Below are positions 11,510 through 22,028 of a stretch of 64,000 nucleotides of DNA, one piece after another. The notes beneath the pieces are model-generated. The model was given only the letters and a program-made list of their open reading frames with translations, made no database searches and was not told the origin of the DNA. Source of the stretch: Epithemia pelagica (lineage: Eukaryota > Protista > Bacillariophyta); the NCBI GenBank assembly GCA_946965045.2, contig OX337234.1:3100001-3164000 (forward strand). Direction: 5' to 3'. Each line of letters opens with the position of its first letter. Within the stretch, counting starts at the first letter, position 1. The translations under genes were made by a program, and so were the position numbers.

Positions 11510-12718
11510 ATGACACTGCAAGAACAAGCATGGCAGTCGGGCCTTGTCCTTTTGAATGAGACCGCAGAATGGGATCTCGAGGACTGGCCTCCGCTTGAGG
11601 GTGGATGGCGTTCGTTTCATGCATCGGTCGTTCTCCATCATCCCGATACGTACAACAACGACGATAGCAACAACAACAACAACAGACAAACGGTCGTCGT
11701 GTTGGGAGGACGTCGGACAGATTCAGGCGAGCTCGATTCCGTTCTGTTATTGAATCTGGTAGACCCAAACAAGCGGTGGAGAGAAGGGCCACCCATGAAA
11801 AAGAGACGAAGTGGACATGCTGCTGTTGTGTGCAACGGGGGCATCTACGTAATGGGAGGAAGCGCGGAATATTCAAGTCTGGATTGTATGGAACGTATTG
11901 ATTCCACTTATTTGCTACAATCATCTGTAACTACAAGCATCACACAAGAGAGCCACTGGACAACAATGACATGTCGACTTTCAATGAAAAGAAATGAATG
12001 TTGTGCTGTTGCGGTGCACGATCGCTACATTGTTGTAATGGGTGGATGTGCAGCGGGTTCATGGAAATCGTCGTCAGTTGATGTTATTGATACTAGCAAC
12101 GAAACTGTCATTAAGGGACCATCCATGAACGTTCAACGAACACTTTTTGGCAGTGCGGTCATTGGTCATCGCATCTTTGTCGTTGGAGGTTGTTGGGAAC
12201 GTGAGTCGGTGGAGTATCTGGACGTTGCAAAGCTTTGTAACCATGAGGAGACAAAGGAGGACACGACTGCTCCAGTCCCTTTTTTCTCGTCCACTTGGAC
12301 CACTTATTATTCTCATTCGGTGCGTTCCGTCCCACGCATAACTTCATATGCAGTGGTGGCCGTCGGATCCTGTCTGGTTGTAGCGGAAGGGGACCGTCCA
12401 ACCGTGGAAATCTTTGATACGCACCACAACTGCGTGTGGAATCTCCCATCCATCGGAACTATGGAGAATGGCGCCAGTATGGTGACTCTTGGGAATCAAA
12501 TTGCACAGATTGGTGGGACTGAGAATCTGAGATGTCCAACATTACCACTAATGGACAAGAATACGTGGTGCTTTCGTCAACTCCTTGAACAAAAACCACA
12601 TGGATGCTTTCATTCTCGGGAAGGAATGGGTATCCGAGGTGCCAATGGAATATCCTGCACCACCCCGACGTCCAATCGTAAACGAGTGAGGACCAATACA
12701 GAAGAGGATGGCACTTGA
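11510..12718 (+). CDS. Kelch-repeat (beta-propeller) protein
   Basis: Repeated Kelch motifs VVVLGG, W.EGPPM.K.R.GHAAVV.NG.IYVMGG, IVVMGG, GPSMNVQR....AVIGHRIFVVGG. Confidence 0.9.
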   Translation: MTLQEQAWQSGLVLLNETAEWDLEDWPPLEGGWRSFHASVVLHHPDTYNNDDSNNNNNRQTVVVLGGRRTDSGELDSVLLLNLVDPNKRWREGPPMKKRRSGHAAVVCNGGIYVMGGSAEYSSLDCMERIDSTYLLQSSVTTSITQESHWTTMTCRLSMKRNECCAVAVHDRYIVVMGGCAAGSWKSSSVDVIDTSNETVIKGPSMNVQRTLFGSAVIGHRIFVVGGCWERESVEYLDVAKLCNHEETKEDTTAPVPFFSSTWTTYYSHSVRSVPRITSYAVVAVGSCLVVAEGDRPTVEIFDTHHNCVWNLPSIGTMENGASMVTLGNQIAQIGGTENLRCPTLPLMDKNTWCFRQLLEQKPHGCFHSREGMGIRGANGISCTTPTSNRKRVRTNTEEDGT

Positions 12719-13159
12719 ATGTGCAACAGTTTGCATTTCATGTCAAAACCTGAGGAAGCAATATCATGGCAATTATACTCTCCAACAGTTGTCATGTTTA
12801 CGTGACGAGATTTTAAGCTTTGATAAAGATCATGTCATTCCTTAGTTATGTTGTGAATCCTAAATTAGCTAATGGAAAGCTCCAACTCACTGTACAGGAT
12901 GGTTTGCTCGGTCGAAAAGACATGGCTCAAAGAGCAACTCCTTGCATGTTAGGAATGCATCATCCACCTTATACAGCATATGACCGACCGCATCCTTTGG
13001 AATTTCTGTCTCCGATGTGTGCTGGATCTTTCCTAATATGATGCCACTACCTATCAGGAGGTAGAGAGTTTTGCGCCAATGCTGCCATTGGTCTCAGCGT
13101 GGCGTTTTGACGTTTCATCAACGCACCAAAAGCACCAGCACTGTAAGACGTATACTAGT

Positions 13160-13480
13160 ATCATGGTCCAAAATGCCGTAGCCAGACAATCCCTGACTGA
13201 CATTCTCGTCCTGTAAAAACGGAATATGGACCAACACCAACACTAAACCAGCATTCATGTGATTGGCAAGCTGTGTGTTTCTTGAACGGTTTCGTTTATT
13301 CGTCGCCAATGGCCCCATTCATGAACTTACATGTTACACCGGCCTTACCAGCCTTGTCTCCGGCTGGATCGTATTGTGTAGGAAAGGGTTTCCTCCTATA
13401 TATTTTGGTCTTGCAGACAATGATATGGACCGTCTTGGGCAATCGTGTCCAAACACTTTCATGGAGTACCTTCTTTCAAT
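13160..13480 (-). pseudogene. Decayed copy of the 3' end and 3' UTR of the fatty-acid desaturase gene (~20720-21060)
   Basis: Its reverse complement aligns by eye with the desaturase C-terminus and its 3' flank. The antisense peptide SSPMAPFMNLHVTPALPALSPAGSYCVGKGF matches SSSMAPLVDFHVTPAWPALSAAGSYWVGKGF. Confidence 0.8.
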
Positions 13481-13739
13481 CCGCTCAGTTCCAAAGCTAG
13501 ACATTCTCCTCTATATATTCATGTCAAGGTTCCTGTAAATATCAAGGTTCCTGTGTTACGGTTGTAACGGAGGGACTCGCTGTGATGTGTACAGTTAGTT
13601 TTGTTGCTTCTCTAACTGGACAGGAAGGACTCTGGTCTGACTGTTGTGAAACGAGCCTTACCGAGACAAAATCTTTCCTAACGTGGAACGCTGAGACTGG
13701 GCCCACAAACCATCCTGGTGGTTGTTGTTGTTGCTGTTG

Positions 13740-14789
13740 TCAGAACGGAAGCCGATTACATCCCGGTGGAACCCTGGTGCGATTCGCCACATTGCCTCTC
13801 CCATAGCCATAGCTATAGCCATATCCATGCGTATTCAACTCGAAGAGCTGGTCAAAATGACAGGCCTTGTCAAAGCCCAACCACGACGATACCATGTCGT
13901 TGACAATGGTAATATTTTTGGTCCATTCCGAACTATTCAAGACAATCCATCGCTGCGGTCCACCCAACATGGTCGCCAAGTCCAACAAGTTTTGATTCAA
14001 ATGATGCGATTCTCGCACGACGGTAGGCAGGGTCTCCTGGATCCCAAAGACCCGTTTGGCCGACTTGGCCCGTTCCAAGGGATTCCGGATACTAATGATG
14101 AACCGTCCACAGGGAAATATTTCATTCAAAAACACGGCAGCCTCCCGAACCAAGTTCCATCGGGACTCGACGGTTGTACTTTGAGGGATCTGCGGAAAAC
14201 GGACGGTCTTGAACCCTACAATGGTGCCATGGTCGTCGTCATGATCCTGGTCATGATTTTGTGCTTGCTCTGGTTCGGGTGCAGCTGGTGGTGGAGTAAT
14301 GACTTCGACCATTTGTTGTGTGACACAGGCAAAATTGGACAGCGTGACTGGAAGGTGGGACCATGCGTCTAATGATGCTGCCTTCCATTGCGGGGCCGTT
14401 CGCGTCTGGTCAATGGCTCGTTGAAAGTTGTGGAGGACGCCATTGTTTTCGCCACTCAATCGAATGCCTGGCAAACTATTGAGCATGTACAATAAGGTGG
14501 TACTTCCCGAACGTCCGGCCGCCAAAATAATCAAGTAACGTCGTTTGCAGGGGTGACAAACAGCGGTGACTGGACAAGTGGCCTGGGGACACCAAGCCGC
14601 CTTGGCTCGGTTCGAAAGACCACCTTGTTGTTGTTCTTGTTCCTTAGTCGAGTGCCGTTGTGTCTCGAACGTCTCCGTAGGATGCAAGAGATGGTGGTGG
14701 TCGTGATCCTTGTTCTTGTTGCAGTTGGTGGTGGGTCTGAACCAGGAGGAATCTATAGCCAAAGACCACACCACGACATAGACCACCAA
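13740..14789 (-). CDS. Golgi-type (signal-anchored) sulfotransferase-family protein; start codon unresolved
   Basis: 5'-PAPS-binding-like motif LIILAAGRSGSTTLL followed by LNSLPGIRLSGE, GFKTVR and FIISIRNP. No in-frame ATG precedes the motif and there is an in-frame TGA about 7 codons upstream, so either a 5' exon is missing or this copy is also a pseudogene. Confidence 0.7.
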   Translation of the reverse strand: MVVYVVVWSLAIDSSWFRPTTNCNKNKDHDHHHLLHPTETFETQRHSTKEQEQQQGGLSNRAKAAWCPQATCPVTAVCHPCKRRYLIILAAGRSGSTTLLYMLNSLPGIRLSGENNGVLHNFQRAIDQTRTAPQWKAASLDAWSHLPVTLSNFACVTQQMVEVITPPPAAPEPEQAQNHDQDHDDDHGTIVGFKTVRFPQIPQSTTVESRWNLVREAAVFLNEIFPCGRFIISIRNPLERAKSAKRVFGIQETLPTVVRESHHLNQNLLDLATMLGGPQRWIVLNSSEWTKNITIVNDMVSSWLGFDKACHFDQLFELNTHGYGYSYGYGRGNVANRTRVPPGCNRLPF

Positions 14790-15364
14790 TATGGAGACGA
14801 GGGATCGTTGTCAAAAGTTTAAAAATCGTAACGTTTGGTGATCTGTGACGTTCTTTCTGGTGGATCTATGCGAACGATAGATGAAAGAAGAAGGCATACC
14901 CAATACCCATCAGACAACAACCCAAAGGCCAAAGGGTCGACTGTCGAGACTCGAGACTCTCTCCATTGACGTTTGACGTGAAAGCCAGGTCTACTAGTAG
15001 TAGGAGTAGCTACCTTAGTAGGAGGAGTTTCTACTCCTAGCTAGGTGTAGTAGTTTCATCCAGTGACGAAATAAACCTTGTTCTACTTCTACTCCTACAT
15101 TCTAGTTACGCAACAGGACAATACCTGTACAGGAAGGTCTTATGTACAAGTTGAGTACATGAATATCAACGAGGAGCACATCATTGTTTGGAGGATCGGA
15201 TCGAGAAAAAGAAGAAAGGTCAACGCCACCCCAACGGGACATTTCCGCCTGGAACATGACTGGAACACGACAACAACCTTGTCAATGCCACGAGAGCGTT
15301 TGAGATCCATGGTACCCTGCGAAGCCAAGTTTGATAAACCCAAGAAGGAGGATATGGGACACGT

Positions 15365-17612
15365 CTACGAAAGGGTTGCAGGTACTACTCGTTCCTGGGC
15401 ACCAAATTCTCGTTTCAAAATGTCCACCAACACGGGAAGTAAATGTTCGTCGTCCAGTGGAACGGCATGGGGAAGGTAGGGTTCTGTAGCTAATTGCTGT
15501 CGAACCGTAGATCCATTTTCATTTACCACTGTTTGACGAACAAAGATTTTGCACCCCGGAACTGCTTTGGGCGACGTTTGTGGAGTTGTGTCATTGTCGT
15601 CCTTGGTCGCTGTCGAGATGGGTCGTTTGGCCGGTGCCCCCATGAGACCAATATCGGCCACTTGCGCTTGTCCACAGGAATTGGGACACCCCGTCCAATG
15701 AATGTAAATGGGCCGATTCATAGTGACACGCAATTCCAATTCCCGGGCCAAGCGCTCGGCATACGCCTTGGTTTCAATCAAGGCCAATCCGCAAAACTCG
15801 GCCCCGGTACAACTCACTGTATGACCTTCCATCCGACCAATCGATTCCGCCTTGAGACGACGACTGGATTGCAAGGCGGGTTCGGCCAACAAGGCGGGAA
15901 CACGGTCCCGATCCACATTGGGTAACAGCACATTTTGATCCACCGTCAAACGAACTTCTCCATGGGAATAGGCATCGGCCAAATCGGCCAGGTCCCGACA
16001 TTCCTGTACACTGAGACGACCCACGGGTACCAAAATGCCCACGCGTACCTTGTTGGGTTGCGATTGCGGATGGACGCCCAACAAGGACGGTGGTGGACCG
16101 ACACTACTTTTGTTCGTTGTGGTGTCCACTGGCGGCTGTGCCACATCGACGTGACGGGCCACCTCGGGGTTTAATGCGTGGAGGTTTTGCAGGACCCGTT
16201 CGCGAAAGGCTGGCATGCCATAGTCTTGGACCAGCCACCAGAATCGTGCCTTTTGACGATGGTGACGACTTCCCTCATTTCGAAAGAGTTGTAACAAGAC
16301 GTGACACAAGGCCACGACCGATTCGACCTCTGCCGGAATCCACAGGTTGGCCGACACGGCCGTGGCGACACGCGTGGCCGACAAGTATCCTCCCACCACC
16401 ACATTGAATCCCACCTGGCCGGACCGACCGTGGCGACAGGGTTGCAATCCCAAATCATTGACATTGGTATGAATGGAATCGTGTCCTCCTTCCACAACGG
16501 GTGCTCCCGCAATGGCAATATTGAATTTGCGGGGCAAATTGGCCCATTGGGGATTGCCTCGTGTTTGTGTTTGGGCATCCCAACAAACGAGATGGTCCAC
16601 GGCTTGACAAAAGGGTCGAGTATCGACCAATTCATGGTCATGGTCCAAACCGGCCAAGGGACTTCCGACAATGTTGCGGACATTGTCCATGGCAGATTGA
16701 AACGAGGTTTGATTGTGGACGGCATGCAATTCCTGTATGAGACGGGGCGCATCGGGCAAGCCAATGCCGCGCAATTGAATATTGGCCCGTGTGGTGAGAT
16801 CCACCACACCATGCGTCGGACCGTAGGGTTCGACGGCCGAGGCATAAAACCGCAATTGATGCGACGTGACAATGCCATTGGGAACGCGCAACCGCATCAT
16901 GAATTGGCCCGGTGTACGTTTCTTGCGATGCAACAATCCGACCCATTTGAGACGCTATATATTTTATATATATGTGAAGCGCAAAAATACCATTCCCACC
17001 CATCGTTCGCGCATTGAAAAGAGAGAGAGAGAGAGAATGAGTGAGGAGCCTGAAAATCCAACGAGGCCGTTTGAAATTCCACAAGCCTACATTTCCAGAA
17101 GGACTATCTCACGAATCCAAACCACGTACCGTATCAAGATCGGCCGCTTCCACTTGATCCCAGGTCAATTCTCCCTGACGAATTTTGCGGGCATAATCAT
17201 AAATATCCACAAAGGCCTGCGTCGGATCCTTGGCCAGTTTGACCTGTTCCACTGGATTGCTCCTCTGGCTGTTTTGGACTCGTTGGAGGGTCTCCTCGGG
17301 CAAAAAGGAGACAGCCGTCGCCTTGTTAATGGGAGCCGACCGCTCGAGATCCTCCGGATCGTCCGTGTGGTTGGGGTGGTGACGGTTCTGGCATGCCAAC
17401 AGGCTCCTCCTCGAACGACGTTCTGGGTGCTCCCTGTTGTTCTTCTTGTGGTTTCGGAGCCCGTAGTCGTCGACATTGCTCGGAAGGAAGCCGTGTGACA
17501 CACGAGCTGATGGTACTCGGAGCCGCAGCAAAAACCCTTGGCCGACCATGCAACGGGTCCAAAACAACAATGTCCATGGCAATAACAACACAACGCGACC
17601 GGCCGCAAACAT
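15365..17612 (-). CDS. NiR: Ferredoxin-nitrite reductase, predicted plastid-targeted; join(17130..17612, 15365..16954)
   Basis: Motifs MMRLRVPNG, DLTTRANIQLRG, NLPRKFNIA, SCTGAEFCGLA and IHWTGCPNSCGQ (siroheme/4Fe-4S ligands). A 175-bp GT-AG intron at 16955-17129 joins DLDT|RLKWVG in frame. N-terminal signal peptide ends ...GQG-F (ASAF-like). Confidence 0.93.
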
Positions 17613-19446
17613 GGTTCAAACAAAACAAGAACAACAATACGACCTTTTTCTGCTTCTACCAAATTTGCATCGCAGTTGTGTCAATGAGGAATGGGAGATT
17701 CATCTGAGCCGACAATTCATCTCAAACCATCTATTGTACACCAAAAAGTGCCGGAGGAAGCAGTTTGGTGTCATCAAAAAGTGGACACTGACCTGTCATG
17801 GTCACGCAAAGATACTGCCGCGTATGCCGCCTCGTTTTGGTCTTGTTGGGATAAGCCCCTCCCACGAAGCTCGCGAGCAAGCATGGTTTTCCCCCAAAAT
17901 CACACCTGATCGCTGCCTCTTCGATAGGAACGCAATATCCAAAACAAATTGGGAAGTCAAATCGCTGGGGATCAAGGAGTCCCAAAAATTGTGTGACGGG
18001 GTTCGGCTTCGCACCCCATGCATGAGGATGACCTTGTCGGTTGTCGGACATGTTGCATTGAACCCAAGCAAACCAACAAACGAAGCAATAGAAGAGCACT
18101 TTTCGAATTGCCTCATTCCACCTCCTGAAGGACGTGTCGACATACAGTTTTCTTATACCTATTCACCAAAGATGCCTCCTTGTATGTCAACCGATCGACT
18201 CACTTGTTCCACTGGTGCCAGTCTCTCTCCTACACTCCCACGGACCCTATCGCCCAAGCAACAGAAGACGAACAACAACCAAAAAGCAAGAACACGACGA
18301 GCATCACTTCCAGTCTGGCTGCGGACTGTCATGATCTTGTACTTTTGGTCGCAGGTTCGAGTGAATGAAAACGACGTCTTGCATCCTCATCCCTGTTTCA
18401 ACAAGACCCGCATCGTGGCTTCGCAACGTTACTAAGAATCACGAACGGGAGAAGAAGGGCACGAACGCATACAGTTTGGAGGACCAGCAGGGACAATCAC
18501 CACAAATGACCAGGGACACACACACACACACATGGGGCCGTGAACCGAGGGTTGTGGTTGGTTTCGCAGGAGAAATGACTTATCACCAGGTGTGGTCTGC
18601 TCCCGAACCATGTTTGAGGTACAGTTCCAAACGTTGCGGTACCCTTCCATGTTCTGTATTGGATGGTGCGGGGGGTATCACATATACCTGCAGTGTGTGT
18701 GACGAGTGCAGGGTCCTTCTCCGGACAACTCGAGACTTGACAGATGTGTGTGTCTCTCTCATTTGCCAAAAGCTCCTAGAGATACTGGAGTACGGGAGTT
18801 TTAGAACAGTTTGAGTAGTTGTAATACAAAAGAATAGATCGCTTTCTCTTGGCCACTCTTCAAATGAATCACTCGCGATGTATGTTCGAAGCCAACTGGT
18901 AGTTGTGTATGCACCACAAGGGACTTGTGTTCCACAACAGGATCCAGTTCTTGTCAACACAAGACGACGATTCGAGTCTGATAATCCTCGTCCAAACATC
19001 TACACCTAGTTGCCTGTCCAAGTGGTGTGCCATGCTAGGTAGAGTTCGACGAGTTCCATCATGGCCGGGATACTTTGCGTCGTCTTGATCCCATCGTCCT
19101 TCCGAACCAGAGTCAGTCGCTCCAAACTCATTCCAATCGCTTATGGCTCTTACGTAGTCGCCCTTAACTGGAATCTTCGCCTTTGTCGACACAACACAGC
19201 ACATGCCGACTGCTGCCGAATGCCAACCACGTAAGCCAAGTATGTACTTGTTGGGGATGAGGTATCTTGAGTTTTCTCATTGTTGTTGTGGTTGTTGTTG
19301 TTTTGTTGGTTGGTGGTGTTGTCGTCAGCTGTTGTTCTGCCATCCAATCCTCATACACCACTCGCCGTTGCATTTACTTTTGTGGGTTCGTTCGTTAGTA
19401 GCGAGGGAGCCAAAGAACAAAAACAAACGATATCATCATCATCATC

Positions 19447-20901
19447 ATGAAGGTTCTTGTTTCAAGTCTTGCCTTACTGGGTCTGGCCCATGCCTGGAGC
19501 CCTGCATCCTTGCCGAAACTCACCAATCGTTTCACGGCTCCCTTCACTTCGTCTTCTTCTTCGTCGTCGAAACCGGCCATTGCCGTTCCCTTGGATGTTC
19601 CTCCTCAAGACCTGGTCCAAGAAAAAGACGATACGGATGAGTCGACTGCCTGGGTCCGCAACTTGGATTATGAAGGCTTTACGAAGGAAGTCAATGCCTT
19701 GGGGAAACAATTGTTGAAGGAGACAGGTCAAGCCGATGTGGACCATTTGAACAAGATTGTTCGCTGGCGCAACATTGCGGCCTTGGTGGGTGTCGCTACC
19801 ATGTGGTTGCCCCCCAATCCCTTGACGGTCGCGGCCCTGTCCACGTGGACCTATGCCTCCTGGACCATGATTGCTCATCACACGTGTCATGGCGGCTACA
19901 ATCGCGTCGATGCGGGCAAATTCAACAGTCGGGGCTTTGCCTTGGGAACCGTCGTGCGGCGGATTCAAGATTGGTGCGATTGGATGGCACCCGAAGCCTG
20001 GAATGTCGAACACAATCGATTGCATCATTACCATTTGGGCGAAGCCAAGGACCCCGATTTGGTCGAACGCAATCTCGTCTTTTTGCGGGACCTTCAAATT
20101 CCCCTGCCGCTCAAATACGTGGTGGTCGGTCTCCTCATGCCCATTTGGAAATGGAGTTACTATGCTCCCAATACCTTTAAGGAATTGCAAATTACCGAAT
20201 ACAAAAAGAAGCACGGAGCGCTTCCCAAGGATTTTATTCCGACCGAACCCATGACGGTCAGTCACATTGTCTTTCCCATGGATGCCTCGCAAAAGGCGGC
20301 CCGTCAACTGATCAAGCCTCTGGAATTCTTTACCAAGGTGGTGGGACCCTTTTTCCTGTCGCGCTTTGTCCTCTTGCCACTCCCCCTCTTGGCCATTCCA
20401 GGCGTTGGGTCCACCTTGTTTGGACACGCCATTGTCAATCTAATCTTGGCTGATTTGTTGACCAACATTCATGGCTTTATTACCATTGTCACCAACCATG
20501 CCGGCAATGATGTGTACACGTTTGACGATGCCGTCAAACCCAGGACGGGGTCCTTTTATGTCCGACAAATTGTCGGATCCGTCAATTACGCCGCCGGAAC
20601 GGACGCGGTCGATTTTGCCCACGGCTGGCTCAATTATCAAATTGAACATCATATATGGCCCGATCTCAGCATGTTGCAATACCAACGAGGAGCGCCCAAA
20701 CTCAAGGCAATTTGCGACAAGTACGGTGTCCCCTATGTCCAACAAAGTGTCTGGACCCGATTGGCCAAGACGGTGGATATCATGGTTGGCAAGACCCACA
20801 TGAAACCCTTTCCCACCCAGTACGAACCAGCCGCCGACAAGGCCGGCCAAGCCGGTGTCACGTGGAAGTCCACCAATGGGGCCATTGATGATGACGAATA
20901 A
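19447..20901 (+). CDS. Membrane-bound fatty-acid desaturase (front-end-like His boxes, no cytochrome b5), predicted plastid-targeted
   Basis: His boxes HHTCH, HNRLHH and QIEHH. Signal peptide MKVLVSSLALLGLAHA-W followed by a Ser-rich transit-like region. Regiospecificity cannot be read from sequence. Confidence 0.9.
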   Translation: MKVLVSSLALLGLAHAWSPASLPKLTNRFTAPFTSSSSSSSKPAIAVPLDVPPQDLVQEKDDTDESTAWVRNLDYEGFTKEVNALGKQLLKETGQADVDHLNKIVRWRNIAALVGVATMWLPPNPLTVAALSTWTYASWTMIAHHTCHGGYNRVDAGKFNSRGFALGTVVRRIQDWCDWMAPEAWNVEHNRLHHYHLGEAKDPDLVERNLVFLRDLQIPLPLKYVVVGLLMPIWKWSYYAPNTFKELQITEYKKKHGALPKDFIPTEPMTVSHIVFPMDASQKAARQLIKPLEFFTKVVGPFFLSRFVLLPLPLLAIPGVGSTLFGHAIVNLILADLLTNIHGFITIVTNHAGNDVYTFDDAVKPRTGSFYVRQIVGSVNYAAGTDAVDFAHGWLNYQIEHHIWPDLSMLQYQRGAPKLKAICDKYGVPYVQQSVWTRLAKTVDIMVGKTHMKPFPTQYEPAADKAGQAGVTWKSTNGAIDDDE

Positions 20902-21582
20902 ATAAACATCAACCACCGAAACACCGTTTCCGAACCGCGAACCGCTAGTCCATCTCGGGAATGCTGGTGTGGAGTGGTGTTGGTCTTTGACAGGACGACG
21001 GGACTGCCAGGGAGGGATGGTCTGGCCTTGGTTGCGTTTGGGAATGAAAATGAGACCAACGCTTTCGTGCACCTTGTTGTTGTTGGTGGCGGCGGTGGTT
21101 CTTGCATAACAAACACACATTTTCTATATAGTTTTACACAGTTTTCCTGCGCTGGTCTAATAGCTACATGGAACAACTATCATTGAGTCTTGTTCTCGCA
21201 TTTCTAGTTTCTGGAGCGCTAGTCTTTTATGGGATGGTGCGTCTCTGCTGCTGGTGTGCCTTTTGTCTTTGCATCCGTTCTTCCATATCCCTTCTTGCCA
21301 TGATATTTTGCCACCACAAGGATCATTCTGGCTTTTGCACTCATCTCTGCAAGACAGCGAGGAGTATTTGCCAGTCACCCTGACCGATAAACCCGGACGG
21401 TCTCCGTTCCTGTGCTAATACCTTTTAGAGATCCTTCGGTCCAGTTGGAAGGACGCTGTCCGCAATCGTCGCCTATTGATTTCGGGAACGCACACCGTGG
21501 CATCTCCGGGGGAAGCTACATGTCTCGATGCTTTGTGGACTGTTGAACACCAAAGTCCTTGCTCGTTCTATCCCTGGTGGAC

Positions 21583-21734
21583 TAGTCGCAGCCACTCTCG
21601 GTTTGTGATTTATAGTCGCAGCCACTCTCGGTTTGTGATTTGTCCAGACCTCTCCTCTTGCGAAAGGACGACAACAAACAAGTGAATCACAATCACCATA
21701 AAGAACGACAACAAACAAGTGAATCACAATCACC
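21583..21734. repeat. Two adjacent short tandem duplications (29 bp x2, period 30; 30 bp x2, period 37)
   Basis: tagtcgcagccactctcggtttgtgattt at 21583 and 21613; acgacaacaaacaagtgaatcacaatcacc at 21668 and 21705. Confidence 0.9.
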
Positions 21735-22028
21735 CTACTGGCTAAGAAAATCATACCACCCAGTTTGGTTCGACACTCCATTGCCACCAGCAGGAAGAGG
21801 AGATGAAGGGTAGGAAATGGCATCTCGACACCACTCACGGTGGCGTCGTGTGTGTATCGAGTCTTGTGTGTGCCGTCGATTCGAATTCTTTTGTTGTTGG
21901 CCATTGATCAATGAGAGGCGCCTCAACCGAGTTGGGATCGTCCGTTTGTGAGGGATGGAGTTTTTGGCAGCAACCAAAACCCCTTGTTCCAATCGTCGTC
22001 TGTCATGTGTTGGTGCTTCTTTTTCTTG

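Noticed and set aside
17476-18435. 319-aa plus-strand ORF as a real gene
   Set aside because: Non-ATG start, overlaps the NiR 5' end in antisense, and has no confident domain; only a weak relic motif is noted.
19474-20427. 317-aa minus-strand ORF
   Set aside because: Antisense shadow of the desaturase.
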